Translations under genes and position numbers: made by a program
In this document: one piece after another, positions 24,573 to 36,590 of the stretch
Layout of the letters: each line of letters starts with the position of its first letter
How positions within the stretch are numbered: the first letter of the stretch is position 1
NCBI GenBank assembly: GCA_048013815.1
Contig: CM106585.1
Location: 14,570,001 to 14,634,000 of the forward strand
Direction: 5' to 3'
Length of the DNA stretch: 64,000 nt
Origin: Setoptus koraiensis
Lineage: Eukaryota > Animalia > Arthropoda
Notes under the pieces: generated by a model
The model's database searches: none
The model's input: the letters and a program-made list of their open reading frames with translations, nothing else
Told to the model about the DNA's origin: nothing

Positions 24573-27500
24573 ATGTTGAAGAGAAAACAGAAATCAGCGA
24601 CAACGACGACAATAAAGTGCAACAGCAGCTTACGCAAGCCCGTCCTATTATCAGCTCTAGTGATAGTCAGCCTCATAGATATGAATTGTTACGCCAGTTT
24701 CCTGCAGGATCTTAAACTTTTGGGTGAGTAGTCGCTTGCGTAACTCAGTCTTATGATAATATTATAAGTAGCATGATAATATTATGAGTCTCATGATGGG
24801 ATGACCATTGGTTTTGTTGATAGCCGGCGAGCGGCCAGCTAGACAGTTTGCGCGTATGGCGCCGTGTGGCGCGTATGGCGCGCCGTCAGGTAGCCATGGT
24901 GATGGTGGGATAATGGAGAGAGTCGTACTCCCCCGATGTCGCCAATGTTGTTGTCGGCACCACTGGCGCTGCCGCTGCTGCCACTGCTATGCGGTGGTCG
25001 GTTGTTAATAATAGAAGCCGAGGGGCTATTCTTAACAACAGCGGCCATGTTGAGCTGCACCACCTACCGTCGGCTGCACCAGCGCGTGCTGCTGCTGCCT
25101 ACTCGTAATGCTGCATTACTAATGCAGGCTGCTCGTGTATAATACGACACTGTCGTTTTGCAGCCTGCCAGTGGTGCAGCGTACTACACTGGTGCAGCAC
25201 CAGTGGTGCTACACTGAGTATAGTGAGTGTAGTGTCACCGCGACGCGAACGCCACGCGTGCTGCAAGCGGCGCGTGCTGCCGCCGAGGTGCGCGTAAAAA
25301 ATACGCAGGTGACGCAGATGCGCCGGTTGCACCCGATGCAAGCGGGCGTCGCGTATGTCGCCAATCGGTCCCCTGCTTTTTGGATCGCTGTTGCAGCAGC
25401 AGCCTGCAGCAGCACCGTGTGCAGTGCCCCCCGTGCACCATGGACCGTGCACCACTGAGCGTGCACCATTGAACGCGCGTCACCTTTCGCCGTGATGCAA
25501 CTGGCTCGTGCGGGTGCACGGTGTGCCCGCGATGCAACTGGCCGTTTGTGGGGCCGGCGCGTTGAGCATAATCACAAGTATATCATGAGTGGCAACTGCC
25601 GCCGATTGTCAACTGATTGCGCCAGTTGCATCGGGCACTGCCGCGGCCGACTTGCAGCCGCGACGTCGGCTGCAGCCACTTCCTCGGTGCGCGCGCCACA
25701 ACGCACCACCCGACGAGTGGTGCAAATTGCAGCCCGTCTCCAGTATTTAATACTGACTCAGAATTACGCCGGCAGCATATCCAGTGCACATATCGCCGGC
25801 CCGTACATATCGCGGCGCACATGTCCACACGTGTCCGTGTCCAGCGCCCCCGTCGGCCGGCCGCGTCGCACTCGTTCGGCAGTGCGCGGACAACTTATTG
25901 CGCTGCAGCCAACATAATGCCTATTATTATTCTAATTCTTGGCCCCGCGAGCCGGCTCGTGCAGACGGGCCGCCGGCCAATAAACGCCAACGCGGGCGAC
26001 ATTTATGCAACACGTAGTTATGGCCGGCAGTTGGCGGCACATGTGCAACTGGTGCCACCGACAATGTGCCCATGTGTCATGGGCGCATCGCCACTGACCA
26101 GCGCCACCGCCAACAAGACGCGCGAGCGCGGGCGGATGAGCGCGTGCCACAATTTTCAGCAAACAGCACGTACCAAATAATTGTTGTGTGTGTGTGTGTG
26201 TGTGTCAGCTGCAGCCAGCACACTCAAGCGACGCAATGTGTCACTGCGTGCACCGCCACCACAACTTGGCGCATCGCCACGTACCAGCACGCGCACAACA
26301 ATCGCGCTTGCATGCGCACCAGCAATTGGGGCTCTCGGCGTGTGTGCCCGAACGAGATTTATCGCTTGTAGTGGCGGGCGACAATTGCAGCGGCGCCCCT
26401 CGGCCTATCCGCTGCCGTTTCGCTGCTATTTTTGTGCTATTTTGTGCTGTTTTGTGCTATTTTGGTGCCATTTCGGTGCCGTGTCCATGAGCGGCGAGCA
26501 ACCTCGCAGCGGCCAGCTCCCGCGGCTGTCGACGCGATAATGGCGGCCGCAATTGGCCGCCGCTGACCAGTGGCTGTGATGTGATCATCAGCGCTCTCAA
26601 TGAATCTCGCATACAGCCATGCACTACAGGCAATTACAAGCCGCTCAACAAATGGACCATTCACCAGTCAACTGTCAGCTGCTGGCGTGGGTGGTTTGTT
26701 TGTTTCTATTTGTTTTCACTTCCCTGCGCCCCCGTCAGCACGGCAAACACTTTCCCGTTCCGGCGCCCCTATGCAAATATCTGCTCAGCCACTGGCACTG
26801 TGCCACTCTTACTCTCACAGCGCACAGCCACAACATTAAATATCGATAATATGTGGCCAGAAGTGGCCCGACAGACTCGCCGGCCCGCTGCCGGCCGCGC
26901 CGGCTCTGGTCGCGAGACACAGATAATTAGAGTGGGCTTCCATTGGCACATGTCGCGTGCCACCACCTATCGCTGATCAGCGGCACCATTTAAATGAATG
27001 AACGTCGGCGTGGCCAGGCCAACAAATCGATCGTGATAAGGCATCCAGTAATGCGATAATAATGCGGCCCATCAGACGCCTCATTGCATCTGTTGCGGCG
27101 CGCGAGCGCGCCGCCGACCAGCGGCGCAAGACCCGCAGTGGCGCATAGCTGGGCACCCGCGACACCGCCGCTGACACCGCGGACATCGCGGACACTGCGG
27201 ACGCTGCCGCGTCGTGATGGCCTGTGGCCAGTGATTAGCGATTGCGATTGTTGATCATCGCAAATCGCGAATCGCGAATCGCAAATCGAAATTGAAAGTC
27301 AGCCAAAAGTCATTGACTTATCGCCGCTCATCAGCGCGCCGGCCTCATCTCTCGGTCGCGAACTGTCCAACTGTCCAACGTTTGAACGCATCATGTCCCA
27401 GTGGCTCGCCCAGTGTCGCCGTTATCGTGATCATCACGATTAGCAACCATTCGGCTGGGGTCCAACTGGCCACTGAGAGTCGCGTTGGTCTTGCGACGGC

Positions 27501-29462
27501 ATGTGTGCACTGCTGGAATTGCCAGCGTCCAAAGTGAAAGTAGAAAGTGGATTCGCGTCCATGGCCGATGTGTCATTCTTTGTCTGTTGCCAGCCTTCAT
27601 CGATCATTCATCTTCGCTCGCGTGCTGTCCGCCAATGAGCCTTCGAAGGACACAAGCGAACACAAAGAATTATCTCGATATGCATATGCGAGTGTGTACG
27701 CCGTGCTCACCGTGGCCATCGATATCAATGAGATCGGCACTGCTAATGGCACTCATATTTATCCGTGTTCATCAAATACACAACTGGACAAATATATTGA
27801 TGCGGTCATGTTTGGCGTGGGCTGCTGCCCAAGTGATGCTGGGGTCAATGTATTACTATTTGCGAATGAATTACTATTAGCGAATGTGTTACCACTCTCT
27901 GATGCGTCGCTATTCTCAACCACATCGCTATCGATTCACGACGCCCGCCAACTGTTGCCGGCCCAATTGTTGACCCATTGATTGCCGGTGGCGCGTGCAT
28001 CAACACGTTGTACACGAGTTGCAGTAATTACAACTGTGCAGCTATCATTATCCAATTATTATCACCATTCGCTACAAGTGTGAGCGCTCGTCGTGACCCT
28101 TCAAAGGCCCGCATAACAATAACAATACCATATGATACAACCACAATACATGATACAACTTGCCACGATTAAAAAACACGAGCTAACATCTCTCTGTCTG
28201 TCACTCCCATCCATTCCACTACACAGCCACCGATGTGCAGCCACTGATCGAGGAATCCCTAGATGTCGATATAAGCAATAGTGATAGGTTCTCTCTTTTA
28301 GAACGCTACGTCGTTTACATGAGCCGAGAGGTAAGTCCACTATGTATATTGCCCTCACTGGGCCTCAAAGATGCCGTTTGTGCTGACGTGAACATGACAT
28401 TTCTATATTATCTAATTATTATCATTATTATCGCTGTTCATCATCAACACTAGCTCAAGGAAACACAAGACAGAGTGAAAGAATTAGAAAATGAACGCCC
28501 CCTCGTGTGTACATTCAACAATACAAAATACGTTGACCAAGCAACGTGGAAAAATGATTGCGATACATGCAAATGCCAGGTAATTATTATTTTACAAACG
28601 TGTGTTGCGTAACAGCAACAGGCTTTTGTTGCAATTGGATATTTTTTGTTTGTAACTAATTTGTTGGTGAGCTAATCAGTGTCATTATTCTCATCTTACT
28701 TTATGCTTATATATCTGTATCGCATTGAACAAATGTCACATCAACAATGGCAACAATAGTCAGGTGTAGTTCAATGTCAGCCTGGCCCCTGTTTGGTATT
28801 ATGTGATGACGCTGTGATGGTCCCCGGTAAATGTTGTCCCGTTTGTTACAGTAAGTATAATACACAATAATATTCACGTTGGCACACATATTCCCGTATA
28901 TTGTGCCATATTCGTATGCACTGCAGCCTACGAACGACCAATTGGCATTGAATAACGACACACAATATATGCCCCAACCAATTAACTCAACTGGCTACTA
29001 ACTCCACCATTTGTGTAATTGTCTTTTTTAGAACGCTGCAAATATAACGGCGCCACTTATAGTCATGGCAACAAAGTCAGCTCAAGCTCAAGCAGAACAT
29101 GCAAATGCAATGTAAGTAGTATCAGCAGTTACTGGCAGTTGGCTTGCCAGAGAGGCTGGCGAGCCAGCAACTAATTGCGACTAACTAACGATATATAATA
29201 ATAATAATTAGAACAATATGCCAATTTATAGATAGTAATCTAATCATGCCACTGTTTTTTGTTGCGCTGCTCATTTGACTCATGGTCGTATGATCAAAAA
29301 ATCATATTTCAGGACGGACATATCAAATGTGAGAGAAGCCCCAGTCTGCCATCTATCAGGATGACTTTGTCCAATGCAAGCGGCGCTAGTTCAAATGACA
29401 CCACCACCATCGCCACTGTCGATACAACAGCGAACAATTCTAGTGGCGCTGCCATTACATAA
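24573..29462 (+). CDS. Secreted coiled-coil + VWC-domain protein (kielin/chordin-like or thrombospondin-like, truncated); exons 24573..24723, 28227..28330, 28454..28579, 28760..28850, 29032..29111, 29313..29462 (233 aa minimal model)
   Basis: All junctions are GT-AG and phase-compatible (702 bp). Product: hydrophobic leader, heptad region LLERYVVYMSRELKETQDRVKELEN, complete VWC CTFNNTKY..W..DCDTCKCQSGVVQC..PC...C......GKCCPVC, partial second VWC, S/T-rich tail. The link to exon 1 is the least certain; more exons may lie at 25.7-27.9 kb. Confidence 0.72.
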
Positions 29463-29609
29463 CATGACATCACCACATATATCGCACAATATTATACAAT
29501 ATTTATACACATACACACACATAGATGGATATTTTGTAGATATACTATATTTTGTTACGGCGAAAAGAAGTGCAACCAACAAGTGGCATCACATTAATTA
29601 CTAATGTAC

Positions 29610-29648
<39 letters not shown>

Positions 29649-30023
29649 TCACAATTTGCGAGTCACAAATAGGAGCAAACATAGGCAAAAGCACTCATAG
29701 AGACAAACGAACAGTGAAACGGATGCAGCTAGCGATCTTACTGTTTGCTCTCGCCTGTTTATATACTGTTTGTTGTTGGACTATAATTTTAAGAAACTCA
29801 ACTGGCCGCCATCACAGTTGCCGTTGCATCTATGCAATCATTACATCATAATGGGCGATTGTTTGTGCATTCGGTTCGCAGTTGATAATTGCCAGTGAGA
29901 GGCCAGACACACCGGACCACTAGTGATGGCATCGTTGCGCGCGCGCGCAAAACCTGTAAAATAGTAGTTGTTATATAATAAATAAATAATAATGACAAAC
30001 AGCGACCGGCCAACGGCGCTCTC

Positions 30024-30133
30024 ATCGGTATATACATTTCGCATCGTCGGTATGTACGTTTCGCATCGTCGGTATGTACGTTTCGAATGGTCGGTATGTT
30101 CGTTTCGTGTGGTCGGTATGTACATTTGGCTTT
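30024..30133. repeat. Tandem array of five 22-bp units (GTCGGTATGTACGTTTCGCATC)
   Basis: Contiguous units at 30024, 30046, 30068, 30090, 30112 with no spacers. Confidence 0.92.
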
Positions 30134-30267
30134 TCGGCGTACACACGGCATGCACCAATACACTTGATCTATTGTTGTTGTTGTTGCGCCGGCGAGTCGC
30201 TCTCGCTCCAGCGAGCACTCGTTGCTGCCGTTGTTAATCTAGCAAATATCCGCAGCTCGGCGCCGGC

Positions 30268-30329
30268 CCGCTTCGGTCAGGCTTCGAAGTGGCGCTGGCC
30301 GCTTCGGTCAGGCTTCGAAGTAGCGCTGC
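30268..30329. repeat. 31-bp tandem duplication spanning the stop codon of the esterase-like gene
   Basis: ccgcttcggtcaggcttcgaagtggcgctgg / ccgcttcggtcaggcttcgaagtagcgctgc, 2 mismatches. Confidence 0.95.
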
Positions 30330-33300
30330 GACATTCGCGACGTCCTGCCCTCGAGCATGTCGTTTGTGGTCGTTTTGTGCGTCGCAACATCGTGGCTATG
30401 CGCTTGCTGTCTGGTTGTTGGCCGGTTGTTGGCCACTTGCTGCTGCTGCTGCTTGAAATCGTCGGCGATCAAGTTCATGACGTCTCGATCGTGTTTGCGT
30501 CGCCTGTTTCGGCACGCCATCAACAGTATTATCAGGGCCAGCGAGACCAGTATGAGTAACAGCAATATGGCCAGCGATATGGTTGACATTTGATAGTCGC
30601 GCAATTGCTCGTAGGGAAACAGCGGCAACGGCGTATTTACCAGCTCCTCCAGCGGCGACACAAACTCGTTTACGTAACTCACGTCGACCTGATGAAAATT
30701 TTTGTACAATTGGGGCACCTGTTCGGAGAAGCGCAAATAGTTGCGGTCTGTGGCGCGAAATGGCAGCCAATTTGCCAGATTGTTGGCCGATTGTTGGTCG
30801 CTTATGCGCGACGCAAAAGCCGCCAAATAGGTAACGTAATTCCTGATGGCATTGTCGTCATTGGCCACATCGGCCCCATTCACCTGTTGCGCCATTAGGT
30901 GCTGCTGCTGCTGGCCCACATTTGAGCAGCAAATGGGCAAATAATCGTTGGGCAGCACGTAGAACAGGTCGTCCGAGTGCGCAACCCCATAGTTGCTCGT
31001 CTCAGTGGACACAATGGCGCCCGTGGGCGTGGGGCCCGACGGAAGCCAGCCGCTGGCTGTGGCGTCGCCACTGTCCGCGTCCACGGGCGCCCGCCCGTAC
31101 GGATTGAGCAGAATCTGGCCGAACGTTCGCGTGCCCTTGTAGTCGAACACAAACAGGTAGCTCTGGCCCACTGTTTGCGAATGATACTCCAACTGGCGCA
31201 CGGCGGGCGCCACGTACAAGAAGTCGCCTATTGCGTCAATGGTGCGCGCTATCTCCTTGCTCCTGTGATCGTTGGGACTGATGTACACGTCGTAGTTGTT
31301 GTTGCGCTCGAAGCCGAGATTTTGCTCGTGCCAATACTGGCCCGAGGCCGTCTGCTTGTTGGCCAGCACAACGGGCGCGTTGACACTGTTGATCTGGTGG
31401 CCCCCGTGATGAAAATAAGAGCCGGCCATGAGCGCGTAGCCGCTGCTATTGTAGCGCTTAATGTAGTTCCAATCGAGCGCGGTCGCAATGATCTCGCTAC
31501 GCGAAAACTCGTACAAATACGGACGAATTAAGAAGCGCAATCGCTCCAGCGATGTCAGCGGCCTCAGTCGGTGCCAATTGGTGAAAAATTCCAAACTGCC
31601 CTCGCTAGTTGAGACGCCCGCCATGAGGGGCACGTGCAAAAAGTTGCCCTGATTGTAGAGCTGATGCGGATAGTCGCGTATGAGCGAGTACGTGCTGTTG
31701 CGGTCAATCACGGGCCGGAACCAGTACCTGTAGCTGTTGCGCTCGAAATTGTGCGACAGGCGCGAGGCCCGGATCAGCACGGGCCACTCCTTGAGGCGCA
31801 GGCATCTGATGAGCTTGTCGGTGCGGTGGTCGTTGCAGCGCAGCTCGCGCGCGAACTCCTCCGACTGTCGGCGCGGGTTCCAGTGGAAGGCGCCCGGCGA
31901 GAAGGCCGAGCCGCCCACGGCCACCACCTTGTGTATGAGGCCTGCGGGTATCGGTGGGGTATGTGGTATGTGTATGAGGTATTGGGATTGCGGCCCGCAA
32001 TTTGCGGGTGTTTGCCGCGGTCGAGAGACAGGGGGAGAGAGGGCGCGTCAGTTCGGGTGTGAGCAGCGAGACTGTGAGCCGCTCCGAAACTGTGACCGGC
32101 CGATTGTCGGAGCCGTCGAGTGCAGGATGGGAGCGCGTGCCGGCGCGATTGCCGATTGTTGGCCACGAGTCGCCAACAACCGACAATTGCCAACAATTGA
32201 CGATTGCCCACAATCGACGATTGCCCACAATTGACGATTGCCGACAATTGTTTGCGCAACTCCTAGTGTTTGCGCCACTCGCCGGAATGCCGCGGCAACT
32301 CGTGCAAACTCACCTTTGGTCTCGTGCGGCGCCAGCAGCAGCAGAGAGGCCGATATGGCACCTGAGTCGTGGCCCATGAGCGTAATGTCGTCGTTGTTGC
32401 CCCCGAAGCTCTGGATGTTGCGCTTGACCCAGCGGAGCGCGGCAATTTGGTCGTAGAGGCCCAGGTTTCCAGGTGCGGCCATGTCGTCGGTGCTGAGGAA
32501 GCCTGCAAAACAATGCGCAAAACAATACGCAAAACGCAAAGGTGACACAATGATGCGCCGGCAATTACAATAGCTTTACAATGGGCAGAGCAGTTTTAAT
32601 GCGCGTCAAATATCTTGCAGCGGGCATATATGGCATTTCGGTGCATCGGTGCATCGGTGCATCGGTGCATCGGTGCATCGGGGCATCGGTTGGTTGTGCA
32701 CGGGCGGCGCGGGCCGTCTCGCCCGTTTGTGCAACGCGACAAACTGAATGAGCGGACCCCCAAAGCCGGGCACAAAGGTAAAAGGTAACAGGCAAGGTGC
32801 GCGCGTCGGGCCGGCGGCACGCGCCGCATTTGCAACAATTGGCCGCTTACAACCGACGGCCAACAAGCATGCAACGGCAACTTGGGCCGGCTCAAGCTGG
32901 GCCCAAATTGAGCTGTACGCTGTTGTGGTGAGGGCATGATTCACGGGCAAGCTGATTTACATGAAATGGCCATTTAGCACGGCCAGTAGCGTCGGTAGGG
33001 CCCATCGCGGCCGCTGGTCAGCGGCTGCGTGACATAGCGGTCTTTGGGTACAGGCAACTCGGGCGCTTGTGGCGGTGCAGCCACGTGTGGTGGTGCCCGT
33101 CGGTATTGGCCGCTGCCGCCGGCCGCTGCTGCGGCCAATATCACGCCGGCCAATGTCACGCCGGCCAATATCACATGGCGCTGATATGTCCGTTATTGTC
33201 ACTGTTGGCCGGCCAAACTAAATAACTAACTATATGCACAACTAATACTAACTGTGCACAGACGACGCACTCCGGCCAGCGGTCAGTTTGCACGGCACGC

Positions 33301-35554
33301 CAGCGGCACGAGAGGGGCAGCTGATGGCCGGCACCGGATGATGACCGCTACTAATGGTGCTGGCAGCAACCTGGTGCAACTGCAGCCACCACAGTGTGCT
33401 GGCAACACGTGCTAAATCATCGTCGTCGCAACACGCGTCGCGCACCTTTTCTATTAAACTGCACTACTGGCGTGTTTGACACACTGTGTGGATTTTGTAC
33501 AATTTTCTGCGGGCCTTGTTGTATGTCCGGTGTGTCACTGTCACTGTCACTGTTGCATTTCTCTGTTCTAATCAACTATCAGACTATGTTGCTATTGGAC
33601 GGACAACGCTGTCACAAGCCATGTGCACGCTATAAATATAATAATAATAATATAAATAATGGCCAATAATAGTATTCATATCGGCCACTGCCGCATATGA
33701 TCCGACGCACGCCACTCTCAAATTAGAACTGGCCACTCGAGGTGATGGTCACTTGGCTGACAATGCCAGCCAATTGCATCGCTTTACGTTTGCTGCAGGC
33801 TTATCTTGGATTGATTCGATTGCAAGGTGTCGTTGAGAAACACACGTTGAGTGAACTTACAAAGAAAAGACAACTCTTCTCATATAACTTGTCGTATAAT
33901 TTATCGCTTTAATGGCAAATTGTGTTATCTCAACGGTTCAAAACTCGAGCTGCTTCCGTTTTCAGGTTCAGGCAAGTTGCTTCGGCAAGTGAGTTGTTGC
34001 ACATTCCGACGATGACATTGCCACTTGCGTGGCCACATCCGTCTTTGGCAACTTACACCTTTCATGGGACCTCATGAGTGTCTAATACCAGTTATGGATG
34101 GTTTCATTGTGCCAATTTGTATTTAATTGTAGCTCTCATATCAACATGTCATACACTCACAGTGGCCACGAGCTCCACACCAAGCTACCTAAAGAAGATA
34201 TTTATAGCCTTGCGAGCAGTTCAGCTAGCTCTTTAGGTTGCACTCTCAAGCAAGCCCACTGTTACCTCTGAAAATTGCTGGCTCTCTAAATGGCTCTCTA
34301 ATATCAATACCGGAACCTTGACCGGTTAAGGGACCTCTCGTTTCGCCCTCTATGGCTCAAGCATAGTACCAATACCACAGTCATCTCAATTGAAAGATAA
34401 GCCCAAGTTGCATTGTCGGCCGAAAGCGATATATTTGCCGCTGCATGTCGCTTCGTATAGTATAGTGTAGTAGTGTGGTATGCACTCACCTAGCACTCCT
34501 AAACGATAGTTTATGGTGACCAGTATGAGGCCGTGGTCCAGCAGATACTCCGGCGAGTAGTGGTCCTTGGAGCCGAATCTGAAATCGCCTGGTGACAGAT
34601 GAGCAATTACACAGATAAACACAAGCCATAGAAGTGATAATGACGCTTGTAAATGGCATTGTAGAGCGCAAACGACAAACAAATGATAATGCGCACTGGT
34701 CAATATTTACCTCCGTGGATGTAAACTATCACCGGATAGTTTATGACGGGCGTAGCTCTCTTGATATTGGCCGTATTTGTTTACGTTTGCGTGATTTGAC
34801 ACACACACATCGACCATTATGTAGAATAGGTGAGACGCATATTAGGACAGATATTAGGACAGATATTAGGACAAGTTTTGGAATTATTGTAAGTGCGGTA
34901 ATTAGGAGATTAGCGGATAATAATAGAGAGCTTACGTCTACGGGCACAAACACGTTTAGATAGAGACAATCCTCCGATTCAACAATTGGATCGCTATTTG
35001 ATACAGTCACTCGGAAACGCTGCTCCACCTGAGGGCACATAACGCGTTTGCTTACGGCCTCCAAATTGGTCCAGGCGTCGGGCTCCGTGGGCGGCTGCTC
35101 GCCAGCGCAGCCAGCGATCGGCACCATGATTAATTAACAGCGAGATGAGATTGGGTTAATCGCAAGATGATATTGGGGATTGAATTTGGGGCGAAATCGG
35201 CAATTGACAATTGACAAAATTGGGAAAATGGAGCGAAATTAGCACAATTGTGACACATTACTGACACACAACTATACTGATGATATATTATACGATGATA
35301 CTAACGGCGAATCGATTCGATCCGATGGGCGGCCTCGCGTACGGTATGGACAGAAATGAACAGAAGGGGCGCTTGTTGAATTTGGTCTTCCTTTCGTCTA
35401 TCCTGCCCCTGATTGTTCCATATTGGGTGTGCACTATGGGATTGTTGAAGTCCACTATCCAGCAAAACGTCGATAGTGACCATTCCAAATTGATGTACAC
35501 ATATAGAACAAGCGCCAGTCTTGCGCTTAGGCGTCTCAGCCAGAGGCACAACAT
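30308..35554 (-). CDS. Non-catalytic carboxyl/cholinesterase-like type I membrane protein (gliotactin/neuroligin-related adhesion class); exons 35306..35554, 34936..35094, 34711..34759, 34490..34588, 32314..32502, 30308..31941 (792 aa)
   Basis: Five GT-AG introns, phases consistent (2379 bp). Motifs FLSIPYARPPIG, SEDCLYLNVF, PVIVYIHGG, INYRLGVLGF, GNLGLYDQIAALRWV, GHDSGA (nucleophile position is Asp), GVSTSEG, GVAHSDDLFY, C-terminal TM helix. The exact 5' end is uncertain. Confidence 0.88.
32193..32250. repeat. Intronic tandem array of a 17-bp unit (ACAATTGACGATTGCCC) x3.4
   Basis: Units at 32193, 32210, 32227, partial at 32244. Confidence 0.9.
32638..32690. repeat. Intronic tandem array (TCGGTGCA)x5 plus one variant
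   Basis: Direct reading of the sequence. Confidence 0.95.
34839..34874. repeat. Intronic tandem array (ATATTAGGACAG)x3
   Basis: Direct reading of the sequence. Confidence 0.93.
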
Positions 35555-35659
35555 GCTGTATGTGACTAACTCTGACTAACTAGATATGTTTGGCTCTAGA
35601 GTTGAATTAATATTATCGCGTCGAGTGTCTTGGGTGCTACATATGTTATATATGCTATA

Positions 35660-35734
35660 GTGATATATGAGTGATATATGGGTGATATATGGGTGATATA
35701 TGAGCGATATATGGGTGATATATGAGTGATATGA
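35660..35734. repeat. Tandem array of an 11-bp unit (GTGATATATGR) x6 plus a partial copy
   Basis: Units at 35660, 35671, 35682, 35693, 35704, 35715. Confidence 0.93.
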
Positions 35735-36590
35735 GTGAGTGGATTCGTCTCTTCGCTGACTCTTTGTGCCTGTTGTCATTTGGTCATTTGGCACTGATTC
35801 AGCAAACCGATTCACAAAATGAAGATAGATGAGAATTGCGTATACAACAAACCGAAAACACGGACACAACACGAAAGGTAACTGGGTCAGAAATTGTTTT
35901 CTTTTGTTTTATTAATAATTATTACTTATCGTCGGCGTTTCCACGACAACATGCTACATGGTGAACGACGTACATCCGGGCTTGCTCTATGGTTCATGAG
36001 CTCCCATTGATGATTGTTGCTTGATGCTTTGCTGCTCACTGTTTACTCACCGCTGCATACCGCTGGCAGCATGCAGTATGCATAGAAAGTTGCATTTTGT
36101 CGCAATCACGTAATAATCATCACCAATCAGCTCAATAAACTCATTACTAATGAGTCATTAGCCGGCCAAATCACTAAACATACATCTGTCTATTACTATT
36201 CTCACTCAACGTAGACGTTGGCACTAACTAAACCGTTGGTCGTTTCCATGATGTTGTTGCATCACAAGCATGGTCATCAGCAGCACACTATGATGCGAGC
36301 AGTCAGATGAAATGTGATTTGAAACTACGAAATGAAAGAATTAAGAAAAGCTCTCACCAATGAACACACAAAAACAAAAATCTCATCTGGCCCCGTTGGT
36401 GTCACGCAATTAATTAGTTTGCAATTGTGCGCTTCGTCGGCCCATACGACGTGGGCCGTTATTCAGTTTTTTATTCAGTCTGTCTTGGCTCTATCTGGTC
36501 GCACGAGACTGAGTGTATCTCAACTGACAATTCAAACTGACAAATTAAATCTCAGCCGACAAATTAAATTAGATTTAAACAAATTAAATC

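Larger units (their letters stand above)
23480..33700. other. GC/CpG-rich compositional domain
   Basis: Hand counts: 42/60 GC at 25801..25860 versus 25/60 at 19081..19140 and 12/60 at 59341..59400; boundaries estimated by eye. Confidence 0.8.

Noticed and set aside
23554-27200. Dozens of overlapping 60-190 aa ORFs in the GC-rich domain
   Set aside because: Expected from stop-codon depletion at high GC; Ala/Arg/Cys-rich translations on both strands with no motifs.
30024-30133. 22-bp repeats as a CRISPR array
   Set aside because: Units are contiguous with no unique spacers, there are no cas genes and the context is eukaryotic; it is a minisatellite.
23480-33700. Bacterial contamination or horizontally acquired island
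   Set aside because: The genes inside have spliceosomal introns and animal domains (VWC, carboxylesterase-like adhesion), and one gene spans the border.
33700-34300. Nested gene in the large intron of the esterase-like gene
   Set aside because: Exon-like composition, but only short ORFs (under 60 aa) and no consistent splice chain or recognisable motif.
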